From assembly GCA_050949525.1 (NCBI GenBank), contig JBMNFW010000001.1, positions 143,890 through 207,889 on the forward strand: a stretch of DNA of 64,000 bases, read 5' to 3'. This document shows positions 49,178 through 59,090 of this stretch, in pieces. The stretch's first letter is position 1, and the number at the start of each line of letters is the position of its first letter. This stretch comes from Patescibacteria group bacterium (GTDB lineage Bacteria; Patescibacteriota; Patescibacteriia; Patescibacteriales; UBA12465). Below the pieces are notes generated by a model, which saw only the letters and a program-made list of their open reading frames with translations, was not told the origin of the DNA and did no database searches. The position numbers were made by a program, and so were the translations under genes.

Positions 49178-50326
49178 ATGAAAAAGTTAGTTTTTTTAGT
49201 AGTGCTTTTCATAGCATCAATCTCTTCCAGTGTTTTGGCACAGGAGGATAAAGATTTGAAATCTTTCGCCAACATGATGGTGAAAGTTAAGAAGGCTCCG
49301 ATGGAAGCCAAGGTTCTGATTCAAAATGATTCTGAGTTTGCGAAAAACTTAGAATTATACCCCGATACTAGATACAAAAATATGAATTTAGCTGCTAATT
49401 GGGGTACAGTGGCTGAGAAAGTTGTATTACTGCCTGAATCCAATAAGGCGGTGGTAAATTTCTTATTCGCTATTAGACGTGTAGATCTAGCAGCTCTCAT
49501 TGCATTTCAGGAGGAAATGAATGAGAACGAAGATGCTAACATCGTTGATGCTGGTATCTTTAACCTAGAGATTAATACTTCTAGAGCTAAACATATTACA
49601 GCTCTGGCAAAGTTTAATCTCAATGGGGTTGAGATTGTACGAAACGTCAATTTTCAACTAGAGAAAATTGGCGAAGAAGATTTCGGCGGCGAATTGCCGA
49701 TCTTCAAAGCGGTTATTAACGATGATCTTTTGGGGATTCCAACCTTAGTTTTTAAGGCAGAATCTGGTATCCCTTTCGACTGTTTCGTGGAAAACGAAGA
49801 TCTTGGAATATCTTTTTCTATAACTACGGAAAAAGTGAAAAAAGATATTAGGGTTTTAGCTCCTAACCTTCCTGAGGACGGAGTTTATAAATTTTCTGTA
49901 AAACCCATTATAGGATCGTATATCGTTCCAAAAATGGTACTACCATTATTAATTAGTGATGGTAAATTAATGTTAAAGGACAACCCTTTTAGTCTGGATG
50001 CTGTGTCTAACGGCGGTAATGGCAAAGGGAACTCGCTTGTGACTTTGAGAAACGAGCGTAATGTTCCAATAACATTGCTAGTACCTACAGGGTATGTGGG
50101 TAAAAACTCAGGAATCTTTGCTGGCAAAGGTGGCAATTATGCTGCTGATGTTAGTGGGGAAAAGAAGGTAAATTGGACCGCTATTCAAATAGCGCCTAGA
50201 TCAACCACCAAGGTGTGGTTGGCAAAGACCTTCTTTAATGGTCTCATTGTCTGCGGACAAGAGACCGGGATCAAGACATTTCATGTTGAAAACAAATCCA
50301 GTCAAACGATTAAAATTGGCTGGTAA
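49178..50326 (+). CDS. hypothetical secreted protein (382 aa)
   Basis: Signal peptide MKKLVFLVVLFIASISSSVLAQ. No further TM segment and no motif I recognise. By eye it is more GC-rich than its neighbours. Confidence 0.7.
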   Translation: MKKLVFLVVLFIASISSSVLAQEDKDLKSFANMMVKVKKAPMEAKVLIQNDSEFAKNLELYPDTRYKNMNLAANWGTVAEKVVLLPESNKAVVNFLFAIRRVDLAALIAFQEEMNENEDANIVDAGIFNLEINTSRAKHITALAKFNLNGVEIVRNVNFQLEKIGEEDFGGELPIFKAVINDDLLGIPTLVFKAESGIPFDCFVENEDLGISFSITTEKVKKDIRVLAPNLPEDGVYKFSVKPIIGSYIVPKMVLPLLISDGKLMLKDNPFSLDAVSNGGNGKGNSLVTLRNERNVPITLLVPTGYVGKNSGIFAGKGGNYAADVSGEKKVNWTAIQIAPRSTTKVWLAKTFFNGLIVCGQETGIKTFHVENKSSQTIKIGW

Positions 50327-50331
50327 AATAT

Positions 50332-50355
50332 AAGGGTACATAAGTACCCTTTTTT
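50332..50355 (+). terminator. rho-independent terminator (first of a tandem pair)
   Basis: AAGGGTAC (50332-50339), loop ATAA, GTACCCTT (50344-50351), then T-run. Confidence 0.8.
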
Positions 50356-50372
50356 AATTTTTTGGAACTAAT

Positions 50373-50407
50373 ATCGGGTTTAATGTATTTGACCCGATTT
50401 TTTTTTC
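50373..50407 (+). terminator. second terminator
   Basis: ATCGGGT (50373-50379), 12-nt loop, ACCCGAT (50392-50398), then T9. Confidence 0.65.
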
Positions 50408-50408
50408 T

Positions 50409-50417
50409 TGATATAAT
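50409..50417 (+). promoter_or_regulatory. extended -10 (TGaTATAAT)
   Basis: TG at 50409-50410 and TATAAT at 50412-50417, upstream of the MBL-fold hydrolase gene. Confidence 0.4.
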
Positions 50418-50477
50418 CTAGGTAGATTAGAGACTAAAAAGCCATTCATGGCTTTTTATATATTAAATAATATACTT

Positions 50478-51122
50478 ATGAATATAACTTGGATTGGACA
50501 TTCTTGCTTCAAAATAGATGAAAAAATTAATGGTGAAAATGTTTCTTTGTTAACCGACCCTTTTTCTTCAGATACCGGATTAAAACTTCCTAGCCTTTCA
50601 CCAGACTTAGTTTCTGTTAGTCATCAACATCATGATCATAATAATATCTCTTCTCTGCGGGGTAAACCAATCATTATTGATAGTGCGGGGGAGTTTGATA
50701 TTAAAGGAGTTATGATTGAAGGTATTAGATCTTATCATGATGAGGAAAAAGGAGCTAAACGAGGAGAAAATATTATCTTTCGTTTTGATATTGAGGGTAT
50801 GAGCTTAGCTCATTTGGGTGATTTAGGTGAATTATTGGATAATAAGCAGCTGGAAAAGTTAGGTGGTTTAGATGTACTATTTATTCCTGTCGGAGGAACT
50901 TATACTTTAGATGCTAAAAAGGCAGTGGAAACTATTTCTCAAATTGAACCTCGCATTGTGATCCCGATGCATTACAAAATTCCCGGACTTAAAATAGATA
51001 TTGATGGGGTTGATAAGTTTATTAAGGAATTAGGTTTAAAACCTAATTATGAAGAAAAACTTAAGCTTAGTAAAAGGGATTTACCGAGTGAAGATATGCA
51101 ATTAATTATTTTAAAAAATTAA
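50478..51122 (+). CDS. MBL-fold metal-dependent hydrolase (UPF0173-like)
   Basis: MNITWIGHSCFKI...SHQHHDHNN (HxHxDH). I chose the start at ATG 50478 rather than 50448. Confidence 0.8.
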   Translation: MNITWIGHSCFKIDEKINGENVSLLTDPFSSDTGLKLPSLSPDLVSVSHQHHDHNNISSLRGKPIIIDSAGEFDIKGVMIEGIRSYHDEEKGAKRGENIIFRFDIEGMSLAHLGDLGELLDNKQLEKLGGLDVLFIPVGGTYTLDAKKAVETISQIEPRIVIPMHYKIPGLKIDIDGVDKFIKELGLKPNYEEKLKLSKRDLPSEDMQLIILKN

Positions 51123-51131
51123 TATAAAATT

Positions 51132-51731
51132 ATGAATCCAAAAAAAGAACGAAGTTTTGTCATTTTAAAACCAGATACTGTTCAAAGATCATTAATTGGA
51201 GAATTGATTTCTCGTTTAGAACGAACTGGTTTAAAAATGACAGCCATGAAAATGATTTTAGCTACTGAAGATCAGTGTTGGAAACATTATAATAAAAATG
51301 AGGAGTGGTTTTTATCCAAAGGAGAAAGAGTAGTAGAAAATCGTCAAAAAGCTGGTTTAGCTATTGAAAAAGATGCAATTGAATATGGTCGCGATATTAT
51401 TAGAGCTTTAGTAAATTTTATGACCTGTGGTCCAATAATAGTTATGATTTTTGAGGGTAATCAGGCAATTGGAATTGTAAAAAAGATTGTTGGTGGAACC
51501 GAGCCTTTAAGTTCTGATGTCGGAACTATTCGCGGAGATTTTACTTTGGATTCTTATGAATTATCTAATCTTGATAATCGAGCTGTACGAAATTTAATTC
51601 ATTGTTCTGATGAAGTAGCGGAAGCGGAAAGAGAAATTTCTTTATGGTTTAGTCCCGAAGAAATTATTAAATATCGACTAATTTCCGAACAGATACTTTA
51701 TGATGTTAACCTTGATGGAATTAGAGAATAA
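51132..51731 (+). CDS. ndk: nucleoside diphosphate kinase with an internal insertion
   Basis: ERSFVILKPDTVQRSLIGELISRLERTGLKM...TIRGDF...NLIHCSD (catalytic His). 199 aa versus the usual 140-150 or so. Confidence 0.85.
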   Translation: MNPKKERSFVILKPDTVQRSLIGELISRLERTGLKMTAMKMILATEDQCWKHYNKNEEWFLSKGERVVENRQKAGLAIEKDAIEYGRDIIRALVNFMTCGPIIVMIFEGNQAIGIVKKIVGGTEPLSSDVGTIRGDFTLDSYELSNLDNRAVRNLIHCSDEVAEAEREISLWFSPEEIIKYRLISEQILYDVNLDGIRE

Positions 51732-51733
51732 TT

Positions 51734-52198
51734 ATGAAAAAAAAGAGTTTAAAAACAAAGCTTGGTGAAGTTTTTAAAAAAAGAGATAATCATTTTTGGT
51801 TAATGATATTTGTTGTCTCTTCCACTCTTTTTATTATAATCATTTGGTCTTTAAATTTAAATAATCTTTTTCCATCTAGAACTTTTAAGGATGATTTAGA
51901 TAGTATGGGTTTAAGTAATTTAAAGAGCGATATTAAAAATGAACAAGAAGCTTTTTCTCGGTTTAAAGAAGTGATGGATAAGATGAAAGAAGAAGATGAT
52001 GCTATTAATCAGGAAGAGATAGAAAAATTAAAAAAAGCTATTGGTGAGCGAGTTGCTACCTCTAGCAGTTCTGAGAACAATAATGATGAAGAAGATTTGA
52101 TTCCAGTCATATCTAGTGATTTAGATGATAGTGAGCAGAGAATCAAAGAGTTAGAAGAAAAATTTAAAGAATTAGAAGAGAGATTAAATAGTAATTAA
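51734..52198 (+). CDS. hypothetical single-pass membrane protein with acidic coiled-coil tail
   Basis: 154 aa. TM helix (WLMIFVVSSTLFIIIIWSL) followed by an Asp/Glu-rich helical region. Confidence 0.6.
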   Translation: MKKKSLKTKLGEVFKKRDNHFWLMIFVVSSTLFIIIIWSLNLNNLFPSRTFKDDLDSMGLSNLKSDIKNEQEAFSRFKEVMDKMKEEDDAINQEEIEKLKKAIGERVATSSSSENNNDEEDLIPVISSDLDDSEQRIKELEEKFKELEERLNSN

Positions 52199-52201
52199 TT
52201 T

Positions 52202-54694
52202 ATGAAAAAAAATATAAAAAAAGAAAAAACACCTGAAAGAAAGGAAACCGATTATGGTTTAGTTGAGTATCAACCCATTAGTGATGAAATGAGTTCTTCA
52301 TATCTAGATTATGCTATGAGTGTTATTGTTTCTCGAGCTTTACCTGATGCTCGAGATGGTCTTAAGCCGGTTCATCGTCGTATTCTTTATGCGATGTGGG
52401 ATTTAGGTTTAAAGCCAAGCGCTAAATTTCGTAAATCAGCTACAGTAGTGGGAGAGGTTTTAGGTAAATATCATCCTCATGGTGATGCTGCAGTTTATGA
52501 TTCAATGGTGCGAATGGCTCAGGATTTTTCTATGCGTTATCCTTTAGTTAGAGGGCAAGGAAACTTTGGCTCCATGGATGGTGATGGAGCCGCGGCTATG
52601 CGATATACCGAAGCTAAATTAGCGGCTGTTAGTGAGGAATTACTGTTTGATATTGAAAAAGATACTGTTGATTTTAATCCTAACTATGATGATTCTCAGA
52701 AAGAGCCTCAAGTTTTACCGGCTAAACTACCCAATCTTCTTTTAAATGGCGGAATGGGAATTGCGGTGGGAATGTCAACTAATATTCCACCCCATAACTT
52801 AGGTGAATTAATTGGTGCGATTAACCTTTTAATAGATAAACCAGATTCTACCGTTGAAGATTTAATGGAGTTTGTAAAAGGACCTGATTTTCCTACCGGT
52901 GGAATTATTTATGATAAAAAGGATATTTTAAATGCTTATGCTACTGGTAAGGGTGGTATAGTTTGTCGTGGTAAAGCTGAAATTAAAGAGCATAAATCAG
53001 GTAGTTTTCAGATTATTATTACCGAATTACCTTATCAGGTTAATAAAGCTAGTTTAGTGGAGAAAATAGCTGATTTAGTGAAGAATAAAAAATTGGATGG
53101 GGTTAAAAATTTACGAGATGAATCAGATAAAGATGGGGTTCGAGTGGTTCTAGATTTAAAGAAAGATTCTTATCCTCGAAAAATTTTAAATAGTTTGTAT
53201 AGAAACACTGCTCTTCAAAGTACTTTTCATGTTAATATTTTAGCTTTAATTGATGGTTTACAGCCTAAGGTTTTAACACTTAAAATGGCTTTAGAGGAGT
53301 ATATTAAACATCGACAAGAGGTAGTTCGACGTCGAACTGAATTTGAATTGAATAAAGCTAAGGATCGAGCTCATATCTTAGAGGGTTTAATGGTGGCTTT
53401 AAAGAATATTGATGCTGTTATTAAAGTTATTAAAGCGTCTAAAGATAAAGAAGTGGCGAAGATTAATTTAGAGAAAAAGTTTAAATTATCTGAGCGTCAG
53501 GCTATTGCTATTTTAGAGATGAGATTACAAAGTTTGGCTAATTTAGAGCGGATGAGGATTGAAGATGAATTAAAGGAAAAATTAAAATTAATTAAAGAGT
53601 TAGAGGGAATTTTAGCTTCTGCTACTAAAATTAAGAATATTATAAAAAAGGAAAATAAGGAATTGGGTGAAAAATTTGCTGATGAACGTCGAACTCAAGT
53701 CGTAGCTCATGGAGTTAAAAGTTTTAATGTTGAAGATTTGATTCCTAATGAAGATACTATGGTGATGATGACTAAGGATGGATATATTAAACGAATTGAT
53801 CCGGATGTTTTTAAAGTACAGGCTCGAGGAGGTAAGGGGGTTATTGGTTTAACCACTAAAGAAGAGGATAGCGTTGAGTTTATGTTTACCACTCAGACTC
53901 ATAATGATATTTTATTCTTTACTACTAAAGGACGAGTCTTTCAATTAAAAGCTCATGAAATTCCACCAGCTTCTCGTACTGCTAAGGGAACTCCAGTAGT
54001 TAATTTTCTCCAATTAATGAATGGTGAAAAGATCACTTCTACTTTACCATTGGATAAGATTGCTAATTATAATTATCTTTTCTTTGCTACTGAAAAAGGT
54101 TTGGTTAAGAAAGTGGTTACTAGTTTTTTTAATAATGTTCGTCGTAGTGGTTTAATAGCTATTAAAATAAAGGATGATGATAAATTGATTTGGTGTAAAC
54201 CTAGTTCTGGTTCTGATGAGATTAGCTTGATTACAGCTAATGGACAAGCTATTAGATTTTCTGAGAAAGAAGTTCGAGATATGGGACGTAATGCAGCTGG
54301 AGTTCGAGGTATTAAATTAAAGGGAGATGATATTGTGGTTGGTATGGGAGTTATAGAAACTGATTTAGCTAAAAAGAAAAATTATCAAATTTTAACTATC
54401 ATGGAAAATGGTTATGGTAAAAGAACTAATTTAAGTTTGTATAAGGTTCAGGGTCGCGGAGGTAGTGGTATTAGAACAGCTAAGGTTACCGATAAAACTG
54501 GAAAAATTAGAAGCGCCTTTATAATTGATAAGGATAGAATGAAGAATAAAGATTTAATAATTATTTCTGATGAAGGTCAAGTTATTAGAGTGCCTTATGA
54601 ATCAGTAAATGAATTAGGACGAGATACTCAAGGAGTTCGAATTATGAGATTTAAAAATGATAATGATTGCGTTGCCAGTGTTACTTATGCTTAG
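52202..54694 (+). CDS. gyrA: DNA gyrase subunit A
   Basis: 830 aa. [43 protein letters not shown] (catalytic Tyr), and a C-terminal beta-pinwheel repeat region. No gyrB is adjacent. Confidence 0.96.
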   Translation: MKKNIKKEKTPERKETDYGLVEYQPISDEMSSSYLDYAMSVIVSRALPDARDGLKPVHRRILYAMWDLGLKPSAKFRKSATVVGEVLGKYHPHGDAAVYDSMVRMAQDFSMRYPLVRGQGNFGSMDGDGAAAMRYTEAKLAAVSEELLFDIEKDTVDFNPNYDDSQKEPQVLPAKLPNLLLNGGMGIAVGMSTNIPPHNLGELIGAINLLIDKPDSTVEDLMEFVKGPDFPTGGIIYDKKDILNAYATGKGGIVCRGKAEIKEHKSGSFQIIITELPYQVNKASLVEKIADLVKNKKLDGVKNLRDESDKDGVRVVLDLKKDSYPRKILNSLYRNTALQSTFHVNILALIDGLQPKVLTLKMALEEYIKHRQEVVRRRTEFELNKAKDRAHILEGLMVALKNIDAVIKVIKASKDKEVAKINLEKKFKLSERQAIAILEMRLQSLANLERMRIEDELKEKLKLIKELEGILASATKIKNIIKKENKELGEKFADERRTQVVAHGVKSFNVEDLIPNEDTMVMMTKDGYIKRIDPDVFKVQARGGKGVIGLTTKEEDSVEFMFTTQTHNDILFFTTKGRVFQLKAHEIPPASRTAKGTPVVNFLQLMNGEKITSTLPLDKIANYNYLFFATEKGLVKKVVTSFFNNVRRSGLIAIKIKDDDKLIWCKPSSGSDEISLITANGQAIRFSEKEVRDMGRNAAGVRGIKLKGDDIVVGMGVIETDLAKKKNYQILTIMENGYGKRTNLSLYKVQGRGGSGIRTAKVTDKTGKIRSAFIIDKDRMKNKDLIIISDEGQVIRVPYESVNELGRDTQGVRIMRFKNDNDCVASVTYA

Positions 54695-54717
54695 ATTTAG
54701 CTTTAATATATTAAAAA

Positions 54718-54741
54718 AAGACCTAAATAAGGTCTTTTTTT
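54718..54741. terminator. terminator after gyrA (A-run upstream, T-run downstream)
   Basis: AAGACCT (54718-54724), loop AAATA, AGGTCTT (54730-54736), then T-run. Confidence 0.75.
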
Positions 54742-54797
54742 CTTTAGTTTTTAAGTGATTTATAGTATAATTAAGATATAATAAATAATTAATTTTT

Positions 54798-55874
54798 ATG
54801 ACTAATTTTATTTTAATCATTCTATTTTTAGCTATTAGTTTTTTAATATTTTTAACTGTAAAAAAGAGTTCTAATAATCAAGCCAGTGAGAAATTATTAG
54901 TTTTAACTGAGAAGTTAAGTGAATTGAGTCGACAAAATGAAAATTTGCGACAAGAATTAGATAAAAAATTAAGTGAAGCTAATAAGATGAGTCAGGAGCA
55001 AGCCTTTAAATCTTCTCAATTAATACAGGGTATTAGTCAGCAATCTTCTAAACTAATCTCCGAGATTACTGAAAAACTTACTAAATTAGATGAGACTAAT
55101 AGGCAGGTGATTAGTTTTTCAGAACAATTAAGTAATTTAGAAAAAGTTTTAAGTAATCAAAAAAAGCGTGGTAGTTTAGGGGAGGCTGGTTTGAAATTAG
55201 TTTTGGAAAATATTTTACCTCCGGGGACTTATAAAATTCAGCACTCCTTTGCTGATGGTGATATAGTTGATGCTGTTATTATTACTAAAGAAGGTTTAAT
55301 TCCAGTAGATGCTAAATTTTCTTTAGATAATTATAATCGGATTTTAAATGAGAATGATGAAGATAAAAGAGCTGTTTTGGAAAAAGAATTTAAAAATGAT
55401 TTAAAAAAGAGAATTGACGAAACAGCTAAATATGTTCGCCCAAAAGAGGGCACTATGGATTTTGCTTTAATGTTTATTCCGGCCGAAGCTATTTATTATG
55501 ATTTATTAGTTAATGAGGTGGGGGCTGTTAAGGCTAATACTAGAAGTTTAATTGATTATGCTTATAATGATAAGCGGGTTATTATTGTTTCTCCTACTAC
55601 TTTCGCGGCTTATTTACAAACAATACTTCAAGGTTTAAGGGCTTTGCAAATTGAAGAAGGGGCTAAGCATATTAGAAAAAATGTTGAGAACTTGGGGCGG
55701 CATTTATTATCTTATGATGAATTCATGAAAAAATTAGGTCAAAGTTTATCAACGACAGTTAACCATTATAATAATTCATATAAAGAATTTAAAAAGATTG
55801 ATAAAGATTTAACTCGAATTACTGGCCAATCTTCAGGTTTAGAGCCCTTAGAATTAGATCGGCCACAGGAATAA
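54798..55874 (+). CDS. rmuC: DNA recombination protein RmuC
   Basis: 358 aa. N-terminal TM helix, coiled coil, and the RmuC nuclease-like core (RGSLGEAGLKLVLENILPPG...VDAKFSL...FALMFIPAEAIY). Confidence 0.88.
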   Translation: MTNFILIILFLAISFLIFLTVKKSSNNQASEKLLVLTEKLSELSRQNENLRQELDKKLSEANKMSQEQAFKSSQLIQGISQQSSKLISEITEKLTKLDETNRQVISFSEQLSNLEKVLSNQKKRGSLGEAGLKLVLENILPPGTYKIQHSFADGDIVDAVIITKEGLIPVDAKFSLDNYNRILNENDEDKRAVLEKEFKNDLKKRIDETAKYVRPKEGTMDFALMFIPAEAIYYDLLVNEVGAVKANTRSLIDYAYNDKRVIIVSPTTFAAYLQTILQGLRALQIEEGAKHIRKNVENLGRHLLSYDEFMKKLGQSLSTTVNHYNNSYKEFKKIDKDLTRITGQSSGLEPLELDRPQE

Positions 55875-55876
55875 TT

Positions 55877-56737
55877 ATGACCAATCAGGAAGAGGTTTTA
55901 AAGACAATTACTTTTTTTGATTTTTTTTCTCAAGCCTTATCTTTTTGGGAGTTGTTTAAGTTTTTAGAGATTAAAATTAGTCCGGCGAATCTCCAGCAAA
56001 TTTTAGAGGATTTGGTAAGTGAAAGTAAAATCATTACTATCAATGGTTTTTATTGTTTAAAAAATAGAGAAAATTTAATTGATTTTCGTTTTAGACGTTT
56101 TAATTATTTTCAAAATAAGCTTAAAAAGGCTAAAAATTTTAGCAAGATTATTTCTTGGTGGCCCGGAGTTCAGGGTGTTTTTTTAGCTAATATTATTGGA
56201 GATCATAATCTAAAAGAAGGAAGTGATTTAGATTTACTAATTATTACTAAAAATAATAGAATTTGGTTTAGTCGGTTTTTTTGTGTTTTAATAGCTAAAG
56301 TTTTAAATCGTCGGCCTAATAAAAGGACTAAGAAGGATAAGATTTGTTTAAGTTTTTATATTGATGATATGAGTCTAAATTTAGAGTCGCATCTTTATAA
56401 TTCGGACGATCGATATTTTATTTATTGGTTGGCTAATTTAGAACCTTTATTTTTTCGTCCAGGTATTTTAGAACATTTTTATCATAATAATGCTTGGTTG
56501 AATAAATATCTACCTAATTTAAAAATTAATTATCAACCAACTTCTTTTAATGTTAAGTTTAATAAAGCGATAATTTTAGAGAGGGTTTTAAAAGATTTTC
56601 AGTTGAAAGTAATGCCGAAGAAGTTAAAGTTTCAATCTCAAGATAGATTAGGTGTAATTTTAGAGGATAATATTATTAAGTTAATCTTGGATGATAAAAG
56701 ACCAATGTTTATTGATAAATTTAAATCTTCATTATGA
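55877..56737 (+). CDS. hypothetical protein with a nucleotidyltransferase-fold motif
   Basis: 286 aa. GSDLDLLIITKNNRIW resembles the G-S-x(n)-D-x-D minimal NTase signature. The stop overlaps the next start (ATGA). Confidence 0.55.
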   Translation: MTNQEEVLKTITFFDFFSQALSFWELFKFLEIKISPANLQQILEDLVSESKIITINGFYCLKNRENLIDFRFRRFNYFQNKLKKAKNFSKIISWWPGVQGVFLANIIGDHNLKEGSDLDLLIITKNNRIWFSRFFCVLIAKVLNRRPNKRTKKDKICLSFYIDDMSLNLESHLYNSDDRYFIYWLANLEPLFFRPGILEHFYHNNAWLNKYLPNLKINYQPTSFNVKFNKAIILERVLKDFQLKVMPKKLKFQSQDRLGVILEDNIIKLILDDKRPMFIDKFKSSL

Positions 56738-58011
56738 AGAATTTTTTAAGAAAAACTATTGAATACCTTTTTTATTTATTTGTGTTTAGTCTTAGTTTTC
56801 AAACTAAGCTAATTTTAGTTCCAGCGGAGACTAATTATAATGAGATTTCGCTTTATTTAAATTATTTACTATTAACCCTAACTCTTTTTTTATCTTTCAT
56901 TTATTATTTTAAATATCAAGAAGGAGATAAAATAAAAATAGGGCCATTGATTATTATTTTAGCTTCTTGGGAGTTTTTTATTTTTATTTCCCTATTTTTT
57001 TCTAATAATCTAAGCGTCTCTATTTTTAAATATATTTTAATTTTATTATCTTGGGGCTTATTCTTTTTGGCTATTAATTTTAAAATTTTTAATATTAAAA
57101 AAAGAAAAGTTATCATAGTTTTTTTATCCGCTCTTTTAATTCAGGCTAGCTTAGCCTTGTTTCAATTTTTTTCTCAAAGTAGTTTTTCATCTAAATATTT
57201 AGGCATGGCCCGACATAATTCAGCTAGTCTTGGTGTGGCGGTTATAGAAAATGATACCGGTAGATTTTTGCGAGCTTATGGGGCTAGTGATCACCCTAAT
57301 ATTTTAGGAGCTTTAATGTTTTTCGCCTTTTTCTTTTCTTTATTATTAGTTTTAAAAGCTAAGACTAGTCGAGATCGGATTATATTTTTCTTGTTTCTTT
57401 TAATTTTTCTCTTAGCTTTAATAGTTTCTTTTTCTCGAGCGGCCTATCTAGCTTTATGTTTATCATTAATTTTTTTACTTTTCTTTTTTATTAGTCAGAA
57501 GCCGAGAGTTTTCTTAAAACAGTATTTAAAGGTTTTGGCCTTGTTATTTGTTTTTATTTTAATTTTTATTACTATTTTAAAACCATTATTATTCAGTCGT
57601 TTTAATTTAGATTCTCGTCTAGAGCAAATTTCTTTAAATGAGAGATTGGAGCAAAGCTCTTCGGCTAGTGATATTATTAAAGAAAATGTTTTTTGGGGAG
57701 TTGGTTTAGGATCTTATCATAGCAAATTAATGTCTCTAGATTCAAATTTAGCTCCTTATGAGGCTCAGCCAGTTCATAATGTTTTTCTCCTCATTTGGGC
57801 TGAAATTGGTCTTTGGGGTTTCTTAGTTTGTGTTTATTTAATTTTCTATCTTTTAAAAAATAATCTTAATAATTTAATTTATTCTCCTATATTTATTGGT
57901 CTTTTTATCTTTATGATTTTTGATCATTGGCTATGGAGCCTTCCGGCTGGGCTTCTTTTTCTATCTTTCTTTCTATCCTTGACTTTTGTATTAAAATATG
58001 ATAATGTTTAG
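56734..58011 (+). CDS. O-antigen ligase/polymerase-like (Wzy_C) polytopic membrane protein
   Basis: 425 aa with more than 10 TM helices and a periplasmic-loop region (RAYGASDHPNILG...SFSRAAYLAL...) typical of the O-antigen ligase family. Confidence 0.7.
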   Translation: MKNFLRKTIEYLFYLFVFSLSFQTKLILVPAETNYNEISLYLNYLLLTLTLFLSFIYYFKYQEGDKIKIGPLIIILASWEFFIFISLFFSNNLSVSIFKYILILLSWGLFFLAINFKIFNIKKRKVIIVFLSALLIQASLALFQFFSQSSFSSKYLGMARHNSASLGVAVIENDTGRFLRAYGASDHPNILGALMFFAFFFSLLLVLKAKTSRDRIIFFLFLLIFLLALIVSFSRAAYLALCLSLIFLLFFFISQKPRVFLKQYLKVLALLFVFILIFITILKPLLFSRFNLDSRLEQISLNERLEQSSSASDIIKENVFWGVGLGSYHSKLMSLDSNLAPYEAQPVHNVFLLIWAEIGLWGFLVCVYLIFYLLKNNLNNLIYSPIFIGLFIFMIFDHWLWSLPAGLLFLSFFLSLTFVLKYDNV

Positions 58012-58049
58012 GGCTAGTATTGTTCTTTGAAATAAAAATAAAATATATA

Positions 58050-58889
58050 ATGAGTAAAGAAAAAGAAAATAAGAAGCTATATACGCATATGTCAGTTGAC
58101 ATTGATGCGGTGGCTTCTTTATGGTTGGTAAAAAGATTTTTTCCAGAAGATTTTGAAATTGTTTTTGTCCCAGCTAATTGGGATGGCGACGGTTTTGAAG
58201 TCGGTGACATGGCCGTTGATATAACGGCCGGTGGAAAAGGAATAAAAGGTAGGATAGATAAGAATGGAACTGTCCATTCTTCCTTTGCTTCACTTTTATT
58301 CCAATGTGAAGATAAAAAAGCTCAAAAGACCTTAAGAAATTTGGCCTACTTGATCGATCATCATGATGCCTTTGGAGGTATCGGAAAGGTGGATCGAAGA
58401 AGGAAGATTTCTTCTTTTTTAGGGCTTTCCATTGTCTTAAGGGCCCTCCAGTCTTATCATTATAATGATGATGAGACAGTAGTATCTCGAATGTTTGAGA
58501 TACTAGATGGTTTGTATAAAATTGAACTATCTAGGGAGGGTTTTAAAAAATCGGCCTCTGAGCGAGTAGAGGTCGTTGGAAAAACCGCCATCCTAATATC
58601 GGATGGTCAAAAAAACTTCTCCTCTCGGGGACTTTTTAAGAAAGGCTTCCAGGCTGTCATATATATTGATGGTTATAATATGGGCCTTTTGGTACCTCGG
58701 GGAGTATCTATTAATCAACCTGAGTTGATTGAGTTTATAAAAAACTCAGGTGAGTTTGATGAGTGGTTTTTCCACCCCGCGGGATATATGATGTCTCGTG
58801 GGACTAGAAAATCTCCTGTTAAAACCAGTTCAGGAATTGATCCTTATGAATTGGCTAAAAAATGGGAGGAAATAAGAAAAAAATTGTAA
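58050..58889 (+). CDS. DHH-superfamily phosphoesterase-like protein
   Basis: Motif-like strings occur in the DHH order: THMSVDIDAVAS (DxD), DMAVDITAGG (D), LIDHHDAFGG (DHH), FFHPAGYM (DHHA1-like). I prefer the ATG at 58050 over the track's TTG at 58020. Confidence 0.5.
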   Translation: MSKEKENKKLYTHMSVDIDAVASLWLVKRFFPEDFEIVFVPANWDGDGFEVGDMAVDITAGGKGIKGRIDKNGTVHSSFASLLFQCEDKKAQKTLRNLAYLIDHHDAFGGIGKVDRRRKISSFLGLSIVLRALQSYHYNDDETVVSRMFEILDGLYKIELSREGFKKSASERVEVVGKTAILISDGQKNFSSRGLFKKGFQAVIYIDGYNMGLLVPRGVSINQPELIEFIKNSGEFDEWFFHPAGYMMSRGTRKSPVKTSSGIDPYELAKKWEEIRKKL

Positions 58890-58896
58890 TATCAAT

Positions 58897-58921
58897 ACCG
58901 AGTTATTTAACTCGGTTTTTT
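58897..58921 (+). terminator. rho-independent terminator
   Basis: ACCGAGTT (58897-58904), loop ATTT, AACTCGGT (58909-58916), then T-run. Confidence 0.8.
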
Positions 58922-58927
58922 ATTCCC

Positions 58928-58956
58928 TTGATTTTCTGAAATTATTATGGTATTGT
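58928..58956 (+). promoter_or_regulatory. candidate promoter (TTGATT, 17 nt spacer, TGgTATTGT)
   Basis: TTGATT at 58928-58933, TG at 58948-58949, TATTGT at 58951-58956. Confidence 0.35.
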
Positions 58957-58994
58957 TTTTCATTCATTAGTTCATTAACAAGGATTTAAAACTT

Positions 58995-59041
58995 GAGGTG
59001 AGTATATTGGATATAGTATTAGTATTTAATATACTCATCTC
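58995..59041 (+). promoter_or_regulatory. 14-bp stem-loop in the leader of the 273-aa orphan gene
   Basis: GAGGTGAGTATATT (58995-59008) pairs with AATATACTCATCTC (59028-59041): 13 Watson-Crick pairs plus one G.U, with a 19-nt loop. No T-run follows. Confidence 0.45.
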
Positions 59042-59090
59042 ATAGTGAAGTGAGGCGCTTTCGGAGCGGTTCCGATATTAAAATCTAAAA

